Origin: Eledone cirrhosa
Taxonomy: Eukaryota
DNA length: 64,000 bases
Direction of reading: 5' to 3'
Assembly: GCA_964016885.1 (NCBI GenBank)
Contig: OZ024759.1
Location: forward strand, 20,522,001-20,586,000
Shown here: positions 12,001 through 25,700 of the stretch, piece by piece
Numbering within the stretch: position 1 is the first letter of the stretch
Layout of the letters: each line of letters begins with the position of its first letter
Translations under genes and position numbers: made by a program
Notes under the pieces: model-generated
Seen by the model: the letters and a program-made list of their open reading frames with translations, nothing else
Told to the model about the DNA's origin: nothing
Databases searched by the model: none

Positions 12001-15000
12001 GATCATTCGGGTCGGTTCGGTCGTTCCGTTCGGTTCGGGTCGGTCATTCGGTCGGTTCGGATTGGTCATTCGGTTCGGATCGGTCATTAGGTCGGTAATT
12101 CGGCTCGGTTCGGTTCGGATCGGTCATTCGTTCGGATCGGGTCGGTCATTCGGTTCGGGTCGGTCATTCGGTTCGGTTCGGGTCGGTCATTCGGTTCGGT
12201 CGTTCCGTTCGGTTCGGATCAGGTCGGACATTCGGTTCGTTTCGGTTCCGGTCGATCATTCGGTTCTGTTCAGCTCGGTCATTCGGTTCGGTCGTTCCGC
12301 TCGGTTCGGTTCGGTTCCCGTCGATCATTCGGTTCGTGTCGGTTCGGTCGGTCGTTCGGTTCGGGTCGGTCATTCGGTCGGTTCGGATTGGTCATTCGGT
12401 TCGGGTCGGTTCGGTTCCGGTTTGGTCATTCGGTCGGTCATTCGGGTCGGTCATTCGGTTCCGTTCGGTTTGGGTCGGTCATTCGGTTCGGGTCGGTCAT
12501 TCGGTTCGGGTCGGTCATTCTGTCGTTCCGTTCGGTTCGGTTCGAGTCGGTCATTCGGCCGGTCATTCGGTTCGGTTCGGATCGGTCATTTGGTTCGGGT
12601 CGGTCATTCGGTTCGGTTCGGGTCGGTCATTCGGTCGGTTCGGATTGGTCATTAGGTCGGTCATTCGGTTCGGTTCCGGTTTGGTCATTCGGTTCGGTTC
12701 GGGTCGGTCATTCGGTTCGGGTCGGTCATTCGGTTCGGTTCGGGTCGGTCATTCGGCTCGGTGATTCGGTTCGGCTCGGTTCGGTTCGTTTCGGATCGGT
12801 CATTCGGTTCGGTTCGGGTCGGTCATTCGGTTCGGCTCGGTCATTCGGTTCGGTCGTTCCGTTCGGTCATTCGGTCGGTCATTCGGCTCGGTTCGGATCG
12901 GGCCGGTCATTCGGTTCGGTTCGGCTCGGTCATTCGGTTCGGCTCGGTCATTCGGTTCGGTTCGTCTCGGTCATTTGGTTCGGTTCGGTCGTTCCGTTCG
13001 GTTCGGTTCAGGTCGGTCATTCGGTTCGTTTCGGTTCCGGTCGGTCATTCGGTTCGTTTCGGTTCCGGTCGATCATTCGGTTCGGTTCGGTCGTTCCGTT
13101 CGGCTCGGTTCGGTTCGGTCGTTCCGTTCGGCTCGGTTCGGTTCGGTTCCCGTCGATCATTCGGGTCGGTTCGATCGTTCCGTTCGGTTCGGTTCAGGTC
13201 GGTCATTCGGTCGGTTCGGATTGGTCATTCGGTTCGGATCGGTCATTAGGTCGGTCATTCGGCTCGGTTCGGTTCGGATCGGGTCGGTCATTCGGTTCGG
13301 TCGTTCCGTTCGGTTCGGTTCAGGTCGGACATTCGGTTCGTTTCGGTTCCGGTCGATCATTCGGTTCGGTTCAGCTCGGTCATTCGGTTCGGTCGTTCCG
13401 CTCGGTTCGGTTCCCGTCGATCATTCGGTTAGTGTCGGTTCGGTCGTTCCGTTCGGCTCGGTTCGGTTCCCGTCGATCATTCGGTTCGGGTCGGTTCGGT
13501 CGGTCGGTTCGGTCGTTCCGTTCGTTTCGGGCCGGTCATTCGGTTCGAATCGGTCGTTCCGTTCGGTTCGTTTCCGGTCGGTCATTCGGTTCGTTTCCGG
13601 TCGGTCATTCGGTTCGTTCCCGGTCGGTCATTCGGTTCGGATCGGGTCGGTCATTCGGTTCGGCTCGGTCATTCGGTTCGGTTCGGCTCGGTCATTCGGT
13701 TCGCTTCGTGTCGGTCATTTGGTTCGGTTCGGTCGTTCCGTACGGTTCGGTTCAGGTCGGTCATTCGGTTCGTTTCGGTTCCGGTCGATCATTCGGTTCG
13801 GCTCGGTCATTCGGTTCGGTCGTTCCGTTCGGCTCGGTTCGGTTCGGTCGCTCCGTTCGGCTCGGTTCGGTTCGGTCGTTCCGTTCGGCTCGGTTCGGTT
13901 CCCGTCGATCATTCGGTTCGGGTCGGTTCGGTCGGTCGGTTCCGTCGTTCAGTTCGTTTCGGGTCGGTCATTCGGTCGATTCGGGTCGGTCATTCGGTTC
14001 GGATCGGTCATTAGGTCGGTCATTCGGTTCGGTTCCGGTTTGGTCATTCGGTTCGGTTCCGGTTTGGTCATTCGGGTCGGTCATTCGGTTCCGTTCGGTT
14101 TGGGTCGGTCATTCGGTTCCGTTCGGGTCGGTCATTCGGTCGTTCCGTTCGGTTCGGCCGGTCATTCGGTTCGGTTCGTGTCGGTCATTCGGTTCGGTTC
14201 GGTCGTTCCGTTCGGTTCGGTTCAGGTCGATCATTCGGGTCGGTTCGGTCGTTCCGTTCGGTTCGGGTCGGTCATTCGGTCGGTCGTTCGGTTCGGGTCG
14301 GATTGGTCATTCGGTTCAGATCGGTCATTCGGTTCGGTTCGGTCATTCGGTTCGGTCGTTCCGTTCGGTTAGGTTCGGGTCGGTCATTCGGTCGTTCCGT
14401 TCGGTTCGGTCATTCGGCTCGGTTCGGATCGGGCCGGTCATTCGGTTCGGTTCGGCTCGGTCATTCGGTTCGGTTCGTGTCGGTCATTTGGTTCGGTCGT
14501 TCCGTTCGGTTCGGTTCTGTCGTTCCGTTCGGTTCGGTTCAGGTCGGTCATTCGGTTCGGTTCGGTTCCGGTCGGTCATTCGGTTCGTTTCGGTTCCGGT
14601 CGATCATTCGGTTCGGTTCGGCTCGGTCATTCGGTTCGGTCTTTCCGTTCGGCTCGGTTCGGTCGTTCCGTTCGGCTCGGTTCGGTCGTTCCGTTCGGCT
14701 CGGTTCGGTCGTTCCGTTCGGTTCGGATTGGTCATTAGGTTCGGATCGGTCATTCGGCTCGGTTCGGTTCGGATCGGTCATTCGGTTCGGATCGGGTCGT
14801 TCATTCGGTTCGGTTCGGGTCGGTCATTCGGTTCGGTTCGGGTCGGTCATTCGGTTCGGTCGTTCCGTTCGGTTCGGTTCAGGTCGGACATTCGGTTCGT
14901 TTCGGTTCCGGTCGATCATTCGGTTCGTTTCGGTTCCGGTCGATCATTCGGTTCGGTTCAGCTCGGTCATTCGGTTCGGTCGTTCCGTTCGGTTCGGTCG

Positions 15001-18000
15001 GTCGTTCGGTTCGGGTCGGTCATTCGGTCGGTTCGGATTGGTCATTTGGTTCGGATCGGTCATTAGGCGGTGGTTCGGATCGGGTCGGTCATTCGGTTCC
15101 GTTCGGTTTGGGTCGGTCATTCGGTTCCGTTCGGGTCGGTCATTCGGTCGTTCCGTTCGGTTCGGTTCGAGTCGGTCATTCGGCCGGTCATTCGGTTCGG
15201 TTCGTGTCGGTCATTCGGTTCGGTTCGGTCGTTCCGTTCGGTTCGGTTCAGGTCGGTCATTCGGTTCGTTTCCGGTCGATCATTCGGTTCGTTTCCGGTC
15301 GATCATTCGGGTCGGTTCGGTCGTTCGGTTCGGTTCGGTCGTTCCGTTCCGTTCGGTTCGGGTCGGTCATTCGGTTGGTTCGGCTCGGTCATTCGGTTCG
15401 GTCGTTCTGTTCGGTTCGGTTCGGGTCGGTCATTCGGTCGTTCCGTTCGGTTCGGGTCAGTCATTCGGTCGTTCCGTTCGGTTTTTCGGTCGGTCATTCG
15501 GCTCGGTTCGGATCGGGCCGGTCATTCGGTTCGGTTCGGGTCGGTCATTCGGTTCGGTTCGGCTCGGTCATTCGGTTCGGTTCGGTTCAGGTCGGTCATT
15601 CGGTACGTTTCGGTTCCGGTCGATCATCCGGCTCGGTCATTCGGTTCGGTCGTTCGGTTCGGTCGTTCGGTTCGGTTCCCGTCGATCCTTCGGTCCGGGT
15701 CGGTTCGGTCGTTCCGTTCGGTTCGGGTCGGTCATTCGGTCGGTCGTTCGGTTCGGGTCGGTCATTCGGTCGGTTCGGATTGGTCATTCGGTTCGGATCG
15801 GTCATTCGGCTCGGTTCGGTTCGGATCGGTCATTCGGTTCGGTTCGGGTCGGTCATTCGGTTCGGTTCGGGTCGGTCATTCGGTTCGGTTCGGGTCGGTC
15901 ATTCGGTTCGGTTGGGCTCGGTCATTTGGTTCGGTTCGGTCGTTCCGTTCGGTTCGGTTCAGGTCGGACATTCGGTTCGTTTCGGTTCCGGTCGATCATT
16001 CGGTTCGTTTCAGCTCGGTCATTCGGTTCGGTCGTTCCGTTCGGCTCGGTTCGGTTCGGTTCCCGTCGATCATTCGGTTCGTGTCGGTTCGGTCGGTTGT
16101 TCGGTTCGGGTCGGTCATTCGGTCGGTTCGGATTGGTCATTCGGTTCGGATCGGTCATTAGGTCGGTCATTCGGTTCGGTTCGGATCGGTCATTAGGTCG
16201 GTCATTCGGTTCGGTTCGGATCGGGTCGGTCATTCGGTTCGGTTCCGGTTTGGTCATTCGGTCGGTCATTCGGTTCGATTCGGGTCGGTCATTCGGTTCC
16301 GTTCGGTTTGGGTCGGTCATTCAGTTCGGTTCGGGTCGGTCATTCTGTCGTTCCGTTCGGTTCGGTTCGAGTCGGTCATTCGGTTCGGATCGGTCATTCG
16401 GTTCGGATCGGGTCGGTCATTCGGTTCGTGTCGGGTCGGTCATTTGGTTCGGTCGTTCCGTTCGGTTCGTTTCCGGTCGGTCATTCGGTTCGTTTCCGGT
16501 CGGTCATTCGGTTCGGATCGGGTCGGTCATTCGGTTCGGTCCGTGTCGGTCATTTCGTTCGGTTCGGTCGTTCGGTTCGGTTCATGTCGGTCATTCGGTT
16601 CGTTTCGGTTCCGATCGATCATTCGGTTCGTTTCGGTTCGGCTCGGTCATTCGGCTCGGTCGTTCGGTTCGGTCGTTCCGTTCGGCTCGGTTCGGTTCCC
16701 GTCGATCATTCGGTTCGGGTCGGTTCGGTCGGTCGGTTCGGTCGTTCCGTTCGTTTCGGGTCGGTCATTCGGTCGGTTCGGATTGGTCATTCGGTTCGGA
16801 TCGGTCATTAGGTCGGTCATTCGGTTCGGTTCGGATCGGGTCGGTCATTCGGTTCGGTTCCGGTTTGGTCATTCGGTCGGTCATTCGGTTCGATTCGGGT
16901 CGGTCATTCGGTTCCGTTCGGTTTGGGTCGGTCATTCGGTTCGGTTCGGGTCGGTCATTCGGTCGTTCCGTTCGGCTCGTGTCGGTCATTCGGTTCGGTT
17001 CGTGTCGGTCATTCGGTTCGGTTCGGTCGTTCCGTTCGGTTCGGTTCAGGTCGGTCATTCGGTTCGTTTCTGGTCGATCATTCGGATCGGTTCGGTCGTT
17101 CCGTTCGGTTCGGGTCGGTCGTTCTGTTCGGTTCGGGTCGGTCATTCGGTTGGTTCGGATTGGTCATTCGGTTCGGATCGGTCATTCGGTTCGGTTCGGA
17201 TCGGGTCGGTCATTCGGTTCGGTTCCGGTTTGGTCATTCGGTCGGTCATTCGGTTCGATTCCAGTCGGTCATTCGGTTCCGTTCGGTTCGGTTCGGGTCG
17301 GTCATTCGGTCGGTCGTTCGGTTCGGGTCGGTCATTAGGTCGGTCATTCGGTTCGGTTCCGGTTTGGTCATTCGGTTCGATTCGGGTCGGTCATTCGGTT
17401 CCGTTCGGTTTGGGTCGGTCATTCGGTTCGGTTCGATTCGGGTCGGTCTTTCGGTCGTTCCGTTCGGTTCGGTTCGAGTCGGTCATTCGGCCGGTCATTC
17501 GGTTCGGGTCGGTCATTCGGTTCGGTTCGGGTCGGTCATTCGGTTCGGTTCGGTCATTCGGCTCGGTGATTCGGTTCGGCTCGGTTCGGTTCGTTTCGGA
17601 TCGGTCATTCGGTTCGGTTCGGGTCGGTCATTCGGTTCGGCTCGGTCATTCGGTTCGGTCGTTCGGGTCGGTCATTCGGTCGTTCCGTTCGGTTCGGTCA
17701 TTCGGTCGGTCATTCGGCTCGGTTCGGATCGGGCCGTTCATTCGGTTCGGTTCGGGTCGGTCATTCGGTTCGGTTCGGCTCGGTCATTCGGTTCGGTTCG
17801 TGTCGGTCATTTGGTTCGGTTCGGTCGTTCCGTTCGGTTCGGTTCAGGTCGGTCATTCGGTTCGTTTCGGTTCCGGTCGGTCATTCGGTTCGTTTCGGTT
17901 CCGGTCGGTCATTCGGTTCGTTTCGGTTCCGGTCGATCATTCGGTTCGGTTCGGCTCGGTCATTCGGTTCGGTCGTTCCGTTCGGCTCGGTTCGGTCGTT

Positions 18001-21000
18001 CCGTTCGGTTCGGTTCGGTTCCCGTCGATCATTCGGGTCGGTTCGGTCGTTCCGTTCGGGTCGGTTCGGATTGGTCATTCGGTTCGGGTCGGTCATTCGG
18101 TTCGGTTCGGGTCGGTCATTCGGCTCGGTGATTCGGTTCGGTTCGGGTCGGTCATTCGGCTCGGTGATTCGGTTCGGCTCGGTTCGATTCGTTTCGGATC
18201 GGTCATTCGGTTCGGTTCGGGTCGGTCATTCGGTTCGGTTCGGGTCGGTCATTCGGTTCAGTCGTTCCGTTCGGTCATTCGGTCGGTCATTCGGCTCGGT
18301 TCGGTTCCGGTCGATCATTCGGTTCGGTTCGGTCGTTCCGTTCGACTCGGTTCGGTTCGGTTCCCGTCGATCATTCGGGTCGGGTCGGTCATTCGGTCGG
18401 TTCGGATTGGTCATTCGGTTCGGATCGGTCATTAGGTCGGTCATTCGGCTCGGTTCGGTTCGGATCGGGTCGGTCATTCGGTTCGGTCGTTCCGTTCGGT
18501 TCGGTTCAGGTCGGACATTCGGTTCGTTTCGGTTCCGGTCGATCATTCGGTTCGGTTCAGCTCGGTCATTCGGTTCGGTCGTTCCGCTCGGTTCGGTTCG
18601 GTTCCCGTCGATCATTCGGTCCGTGTCGGTTCGGTCGGTCGTTTGGTTCGGGTCGGTCATTCGGTCGGTTCGGATCGGTCATTAGGTCGGTCATTCGGTT
18701 CGTTTCCGGTCGGTCATTCGGTTCGGATCGGGTCGGTCATTCGGTTCGGCTCGGTCATTCGGTTCGGTTCGTGTCGGTCATTTGGTTCGGTTCGGTCGTT
18801 CCGTTCGGTTCGGTTCAGGTAGGTCATTCGGTTCGTTTCGGTTCCGGTCGATCATTCGGTTCGGCTCGGTCATTCGGTTCGGTCGTTCCGTTCGGCTCGG
18901 TTCGGTTCGGTCGTTCCGTTCGGCTCGGTTCGGTTCGGTCGTTCCGTTCGGCTCGGTTCGGTTCCCGTCGATCATTCGGTTCGGTTCGGTCGGTCGGTTC
19001 TGGCCGGTCATTCGGTTCGAATCGGTCGGTCATTCGGTTCGTTTCCGGTCGATCATTCGGTTCGTTTCCGGTCGGTCATTCGGTTCGGATCGGGTCGGTC
19101 ATTCGGTTCGGCTCGGTCATCCGGTTCGGTTCGGCTCGGTCATTCGGTTCGGTTCGTGTCGGTCATTTGGTTCGGTTCGGTCGTTCCGTACGGTTCGGTT
19201 CAGGTCGGTCATTCGGTTCGTTTCGGTTCCGGTCGATCATTCGGTTCGGCTCGGTCATTCGGTTCGGTCGTTCCGTTCGGCTCGGTTCGGTTCGGTCGCT
19301 CCGTTCGGCTCGGTTCGGTTCGGTCGTTCCGTTCGGCTCGGTTCGGTTCCCGTCGATCATTCGGTTCGTCTCGGTTCGGTCGGTCGGTTCCGTCGTTCCG
19401 TTCGTTTCGGGTCGGTCATTCGGTCGGTTCGGATTGGTCATTCGGTTCGGATCGGTCATTAGGTCGGTCATTCGGTTCGGTTCGGATCGGGTCGGTCATT
19501 CGGTTCGGTTCCGGTTTGGTCTTTCGGTTCGGTTCCGGTTTGGTCATTCGGTCGGTCATTCGGTTCGATTCGGGTCGGTCATTCGGTCGGTCATTCGGTT
19601 CCGTTCGGTTTGGGTCGGTCATTCGGTTCCGTTCGGGTCGGTCATTCGGTCGTTCCGTTCGGTTCGGCCGGTCATTCGGTCGTTCCGTTCGGTTCGGCCG
19701 GTCATTCGGTTCGGTTCGTGTCGGTCATTCGGTTCGGTTCGGTCGTTCCGTTCGGTTCGGTTCAGGTCGATCATTCGGGTCGGTTCGGTCGTTCCGTTCG
19801 GTTCGGGTCGGTCATTCGGTCGTTCGTTCGGTTCGGGTCGGATTGGTCATTCGGTTCGGATCGGTCATTCGGTTCGGTTCGGGTCGGTCATTCGGTTCGG
19901 TCGTTCCGTTCGGTTAGGTTCGGGTCGGTCATTCGGTCGTTCCGTTCGGTTCGGTCATTCGGCTCGGTTCGGATCGGGCCGGTCATTCGGTTCGGTTCGG
20001 CTCGGTCATTCGGTTCGGTTCGGTTCGTGTCGGTCATTTGGTTCGGTCGTTCCGTTCGGTTCGGTTCAGTCGTTCCGTTCGGTTCGGTTCAGGTCGGTCA
20101 TTCGTTTCGGTTCCGGTCGATCATTCGGTTCGGTTCGGCTCGGTCTTTCCGTTCGGCTCGGCTCGGTTCGGTCGTTCCGTTCGGCTCGGTTCGGATTGGT
20201 CATTAGGTTCGGATCGGTCATTCGGCTCGGTTCGGTTCGGATCGGTCATTCGGTTCGGATCGGGTAGGTCATTCGGTTCGGTTCGGGTCGGTCATTCGGT
20301 TCGGGTCGGTCATTCGGTTCGGTCGTTCCGTTCGGTTCGGTTCAGGTCGGACATTCGGTTCGTTTCGGTTCCGGTCGATCATTCGGTTCGTTTCGGTTCC
20401 GGTCGATCATTCGGTTCGGTTCAGCTCGGTCATTCGGTTCGGTCGTTCCGTTCGGTTCGGTCGGTCGTTTGGTTCGGGTCGGTCATTCGGTCGGTTCGGA
20501 TTGGTCATTTGGTTCGGATCGGTCATTAGGTCGGTGGTTCGGATCGGGTCGGTCATTCGGTTCGGTTCCGGTTTGGTCATTCGGTTCGGTTCCGTTCGGT
20601 TTGGATCGGTCATTCGGTTCCGTTCGGGTCGGTCATTCGGTCGTTCCGTTCGGTTCGGTTCGAGTCGGTCATTCGGCCGGTCATTCGGTTCGGTTCGTGT
20701 CGGTCATTCGGTTCGGTTCGGTCGTTCCGTTCGGTTCGGGTCAGGTCGGTCATTCGGTTCGTTTCCGGTCGATCATTCGGGTCGGTTCGGTCGTTCGGTT
20801 CGGTCGTTCCGTTCGGTTCGGGTCGGTCATTCGGTCGGTCGTTCGGTTCGGGTCGGTTGGTTCGGCTCGGTCATTCGGTTCGGTCGTTCTGTTCGGTTCG
20901 GTTCGGGTCGGTCATTCGGTTCGGTTCGGCTCGGTCATTCGGTTCGGTTCAGGTCGGTCATTCGGTTCGTTTCGGTTCCGGTCGATCATTCGGTTCGGTT

Positions 21001-22755
21001 CGGCTCGGTCATTCGGTTCGGTCGTTCGGTTCGGTTCCCGTCGATCATTCGGTCCGGGTCGGTTCGATCGTTCCGTTCGGTTCGGTTCGGGTCGGTCATT
21101 CGGTCGGTCGTTCGGTTCGGGTCGGTCATTCGGTTCGGTTCGGCTCGGTCATTCGGTTCGGTTCAGGTCGGTCATTCGGTTCGTTTCGGTTCCGGTCGAT
21201 CATTCGGTTCGGCTCGGTCATTCGGTTCGGTCGTTCGGTTCGGTTCCCGTCGATCATTCGGTCCGGGTCGGTTCGATCGTTCCGTTCGGTTCGGTTCGGG
21301 TCGGTCATTCGGTCGGTCGTTCGGTTCGGGTCGGTCATTCGGTCGGTTCGGATTGGTCATTCGGTTCGGATCGGTCATTCGGCTCGGTTCGGTTCGGATC
21401 GGTCATTCGGTTCGGTTCGGGTCGGTCATTCGGTTCGGTTCGGGTCGGTCATTCGGTTCGGTTCGGGTCGGTCATTCGGTTCGGTTCGGGTCGGTCATTC
21501 GGTTCGGTTCGGGTCGGTCATTCGGTTCGGTTAGGCTCGGTCATTTGGTTCGGTTCGGTCGTTCCGTTCGGTTCGGTTCAGGTCGGACATTCGGTTCCGG
21601 TCGATCATTCTGTTCGGTTCAGCTCGGTCATTCGGCTCGGTTCGGTTCGGTTCCCGTCGATCATTCGGTTCGTGTCGGTTCGGTCGGTCGTTCGGTTCGG
21701 GTCGGTCATTCGGTCGGTTCGGATTGGTCATTCGGTTCGGATCGGTCATTAGGTCGGTCATTCGGTTCGGTTCGGATCGGGTCGGTCATTTGGTTCGGTT
21801 CCGGTTTGGTCATTCGGTCGGTCATTCGGTTCGATTCGGGTCGGTCATTCGGTTCCGTTCGGTTTGGGTCGGTCATTCAGTTCGGTTCGGGTCGGTCATT
21901 CTGTCGTTCCGTTCGGTTCGGTTCGAGTCGGTCATTCGGTTCGGATCGGGTCGGTCATTCGGATCGGGTCGGTCATTCGGTTCGGTTCGGGTCGGTCATT
22001 TGGTTCGGTTCGTGTCGGTCATTCGGTTCGGTTCGGTCGTTCCGTTCGGTTCGTTTCCGGTCGTTCCGTTCGTTTCGTTTCCGGTCGGTCATTCGGTTCG
22101 TTTCCGGTCGGTCATTCGGTTCGGATCGGGTCGGTCATTCGGTTCGGTCCGTGTCGGTCATTTGGTTCGGTTCGGTCGTTCCGTTCGGTTCGGTTCATGT
22201 CGGTCATTCGGTTCGTTTCGGTTCCGGTCGATCATTCGGTTCGGCTCGGTCATTCGGTTCGGTCGTTCCGTTCGGCTCGGTTCGGTTCGGTTTCCGTCGA
22301 TCATTCGGTTCGGGTCGGTTCGGTCGGTCGTTCCGTTCGTTTCGGGTCGGTCATTCGGGTCGGTCATTCGGTCGGTTCAGATTGGTCATTCGGTTCGGAT
22401 CGGTCATTAGGTCGGTCATTCGGTTCGGTTCCGGTTTGGTCATTCGGTCGGTCATTCGATTCGGGTCGGTCATTCGGTTCCGTTCGGTTTGGGTCGGTCA
22501 TTCGGTTCCGTTCGGGCCGGTCGTTCCGTTCGGTTCGGCCGGTCATTCGGTTCGGTTCGTGTCGGTCATTCGGTTCGGTTCGGTCGTTCCGTTCGGTTCG
22601 GTTCGGTCGTTCCGTTCGGTTCGGTTCAGGTCGGTCATTCGGTTCGTTTCCGGTCGATCATTCGGATCGGTTCGGTCGTTCCGTTCGGTTCGGGTCGGTC
22701 ATTCGGTTGGTTCGGATTGGTCATTCGGTTCGGATCGGTCGTTCGGTTCCGGTTT

Positions 22756-25700
22756 GGTCATTCGGTCGGTCATTCGGTTCGATTCCAGTCGGTCATTCGG
22801 TTCGGGTCGGTCATTCGGTCGGTCGTTCGGTTCGGGTCGGTCATTAGGTCGGTCATTCGGTTCGGGTCGGTCATTCGGTTCGGTTCGGGTCGGTCATTCG
22901 GTTCGGTTCGGGTCGGTCATTCGATTCGGTTCGGGTCGGTCATTCGGCTCGGTGATTCGGTTCGGCTCGGTTCGTTTCGGATCGGTCATTCGGTTCGGTT
23001 CGGGTCGGTCATTCGGTTCGGCTCGGTCATTCGGTTCGGTCGTTCCGTTCGGTTAGGTTCGGGTCGGTCATTCGGTCGTTCCGTTCGGTTCGGTCATTCG
23101 GTCGTTCCGTTCGGTTCGGTCAGTCGGTCGGTCATTCGGCTCGGTTCGGATCAGGCCGGTCATTCGGTTCGGTTCGGTCATTCGGTTCGGTTCGGCTCGG
23201 TCATTCGGTTCGGTTCGTGTCGGTCATTTGGTTCGGTTCGGTCGTTCCGTTCGGTTCGGTTCGGGTCGGTCATTCGGTTCGTTTCGGTTCCGGTCGGTCA
23301 TTCGGTTCGTTTCGGTTCCGGTCGATCATTCGGTTCGGTTCGGCTCGGTCATTCGGTTCGGTCGTTCCGTTCGGCTCGGCTCGGTTCGGTCGTTCCGTTC
23401 GGTTCGGTTCGGTTCCCGTCGATCATTCGGGTCGGTTCGGTCGTTCCGTTCGGTTCGGTTCGGGTCGGTCATTCGGTTCGGATCGGTCATTAGGTCGGTT
23501 CGGTTCGGATCGGTCATTCGGTTCGGATCGGGTCGGTCATTCGGTTCGGGTCGGTCATCCGGTTCGGGTCGGTCATTCGGTTCGGTTCGGGTCGGTCATT
23601 CGGTTCGGTCGTTCAGGTCGGACATTCGGTTCGTTTCGGTTCCGGTCGATCATTCGGTTCGGTCGTTCCGCTCGGTTCGGTTCGGTTCCCGTCGATCATT
23701 CGGTTCGTGTCGGTTCGGTCGGTCGTTCGGTTCGGGTCGGTCATTCGGTCGGTTCGGATTGGTCATTCGGTTCGGATCGGTCATTCGGTTCGGTTCGAGT
23801 CGGTCATTCTGTCGTTCCGTTCGGTTCGGTTCGAGTCGGTCATTCGGCCGGTCATTCGGTTCGAATCGGGTCGGTCATTCGGTTCGAATCGGGTCGGTCA
23901 TTCGGTTCGGATCGGGTCGGTCATTCGGTTCGGTCATTTGGTTCGGTTCGGTTCTGGTCGGTCATTCGGTTCGGTTCGGGTCGGGTCGGTCATTCGGTTC
24001 GGTTCGGGTCGGTCATTCGGTCGGTCGTTCGGTTTGGGTCGGTCATTCGGTCGGTTCGGATTGGTCATTCGGTTCGGATCTGCCATTAGGTCGGTCATTC
24101 GGTTCCGTTCGGTTTGGGTCGGTCATTCGGTTCCGTTCGATTCGGTCGTTCCGTTCGGTTCGGTTCGAGTCGGTCATTCGGCCGGTCATTCGGTTCGGTT
24201 CGTGTCGGTCATTCGGTTCGGTTCGGTCGTTCCGTTCGGTTCGGTTCAGGTCGGTCATTCGGTTCGTTTCCGGTCGATCATTCGGGTCGGTTCGGTCGTT
24301 CGGTTCGGTTCGGTCGTTCCGTTCGGTTCGGGTCGGTCATTCGGTCGGTCGTTCGGTTCGGGTCGGTTGGTTCGGCTCGGTCATTCGGTTCGGTCGTTCT
24401 GTTCGGTTCGGGTCGGTCATTCGGTCGTTCCGTTCGGTTCGGTTTTTCGGTCGGTCATTCGGCTCGGTTCGGATCGGGCCGGTCATTCGGTTCGGTTCGG
24501 GTCGGTCATTCGGTTCGGTTCGGCTCGGTCATTCGGTTCGGTTCGTGTCGGTCATTTGGTTCGGTTCGGTCGTTCTGTTCGGTTCGGTTCAGGTCGGTCA
24601 TTCGGTTCGGATCGGTTCCGGTCGATCATTCGGTTCGGTTCGGCTCGGTCATTCGGTTGGGTCGTTCGGTTCGGTTCGGTTCCCGTCGATCATTCGGTCC
24701 GGGTCGGTTCGGTCGTTCCGTTCGGTTCGGTTCGGGTCGGTCATTCGGTCGGTCGTTCGGTTCGGGTCGGTCATTCGGTCGGTTCGGATTGGTCATTCGG
24801 TTCGGATCGGTCATTCGGCTCGGTTCGGTTCGGATCGGTCATTCGGTTCGGTTCGGATCGGTCATTCGGTTCGGTTCGGGTCGGTCATTCGGTTCGGTTC
24901 GGGTCGGTCATTCGGTTCGGTTCGGGTCGGTCATTCGGTTCGGTTCGGGTCGGTCATTCGGTTCGGTTAGGCTCGGTCATTTGGTTCGGTTCGGTCGTTC
25001 CGTTCGGTTCGGTTCAGGTCGGACATTCGGTTCCGGTCGATCATTCGGTTCGGTTCAGCTCGGTCATTCGGTTCGGTCGTTCCGTTCGGTTCGGTTCCCG
25101 TCGATCATTCGGTTCGTGTCGGTTCGGTCGGTCGTTCGGTTCGGGTCGGTCATTCGGTCGGTTCGGATTGGTCATTCGGTTCGGATCGGTCATTAGGTCG
25201 GTCATTCGGTTCGGTTCGGATCGGGTCGGTCATTCGGTTCGGTTCCGGTTTGGTCATTCGGTCGGTCATTCGGTTCGATTCGGGTCGGTCATTCGGTTCC
25301 ATTCGGTTTGGGTCGGTCATTCAGTTCGGTTCGGGTCGGTCATTCTGTCGTTCCGTTCGCTCCGGTTCGAGTCGGTCATTCGGTTCGGTTCGGTTCGGGT
25401 CGGTCATTCGGTTCGGGTCGGTCATTTGGTTCGGTTCGTGTCGGTCATTCGGTTCGGTTCGGTCGTTCCGTTCGGTTCGTTTCCGGTCGTTCCGTTCGTT
25501 TCGTTTCCGGTCGGTCATTCGGTTCGTTTCCGGTCGGTCATTCGGTTCGGATCGGGTCTGTCATTCGGTTCGGTCCGTGTCGGTCATTTGGTTCGGTTCG
25601 GTCGTTCCGTTCGGTTCGGTTCGTTTCGGTCATTCGGTTCGTTTCGGTTCCGGTCGATCATTCGGTTCGTTTCGGTTCCGGTCGATCATTCGGTTCGGCT

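Noticed and set aside
17231-17262. tRNA gene or tRNA-derived SINE around GGTTCGATTCC
   Set aside because: No cloverleaf is present, and the upstream TGGTCATTCGG is a poor A-box match lying too close to the B-box.
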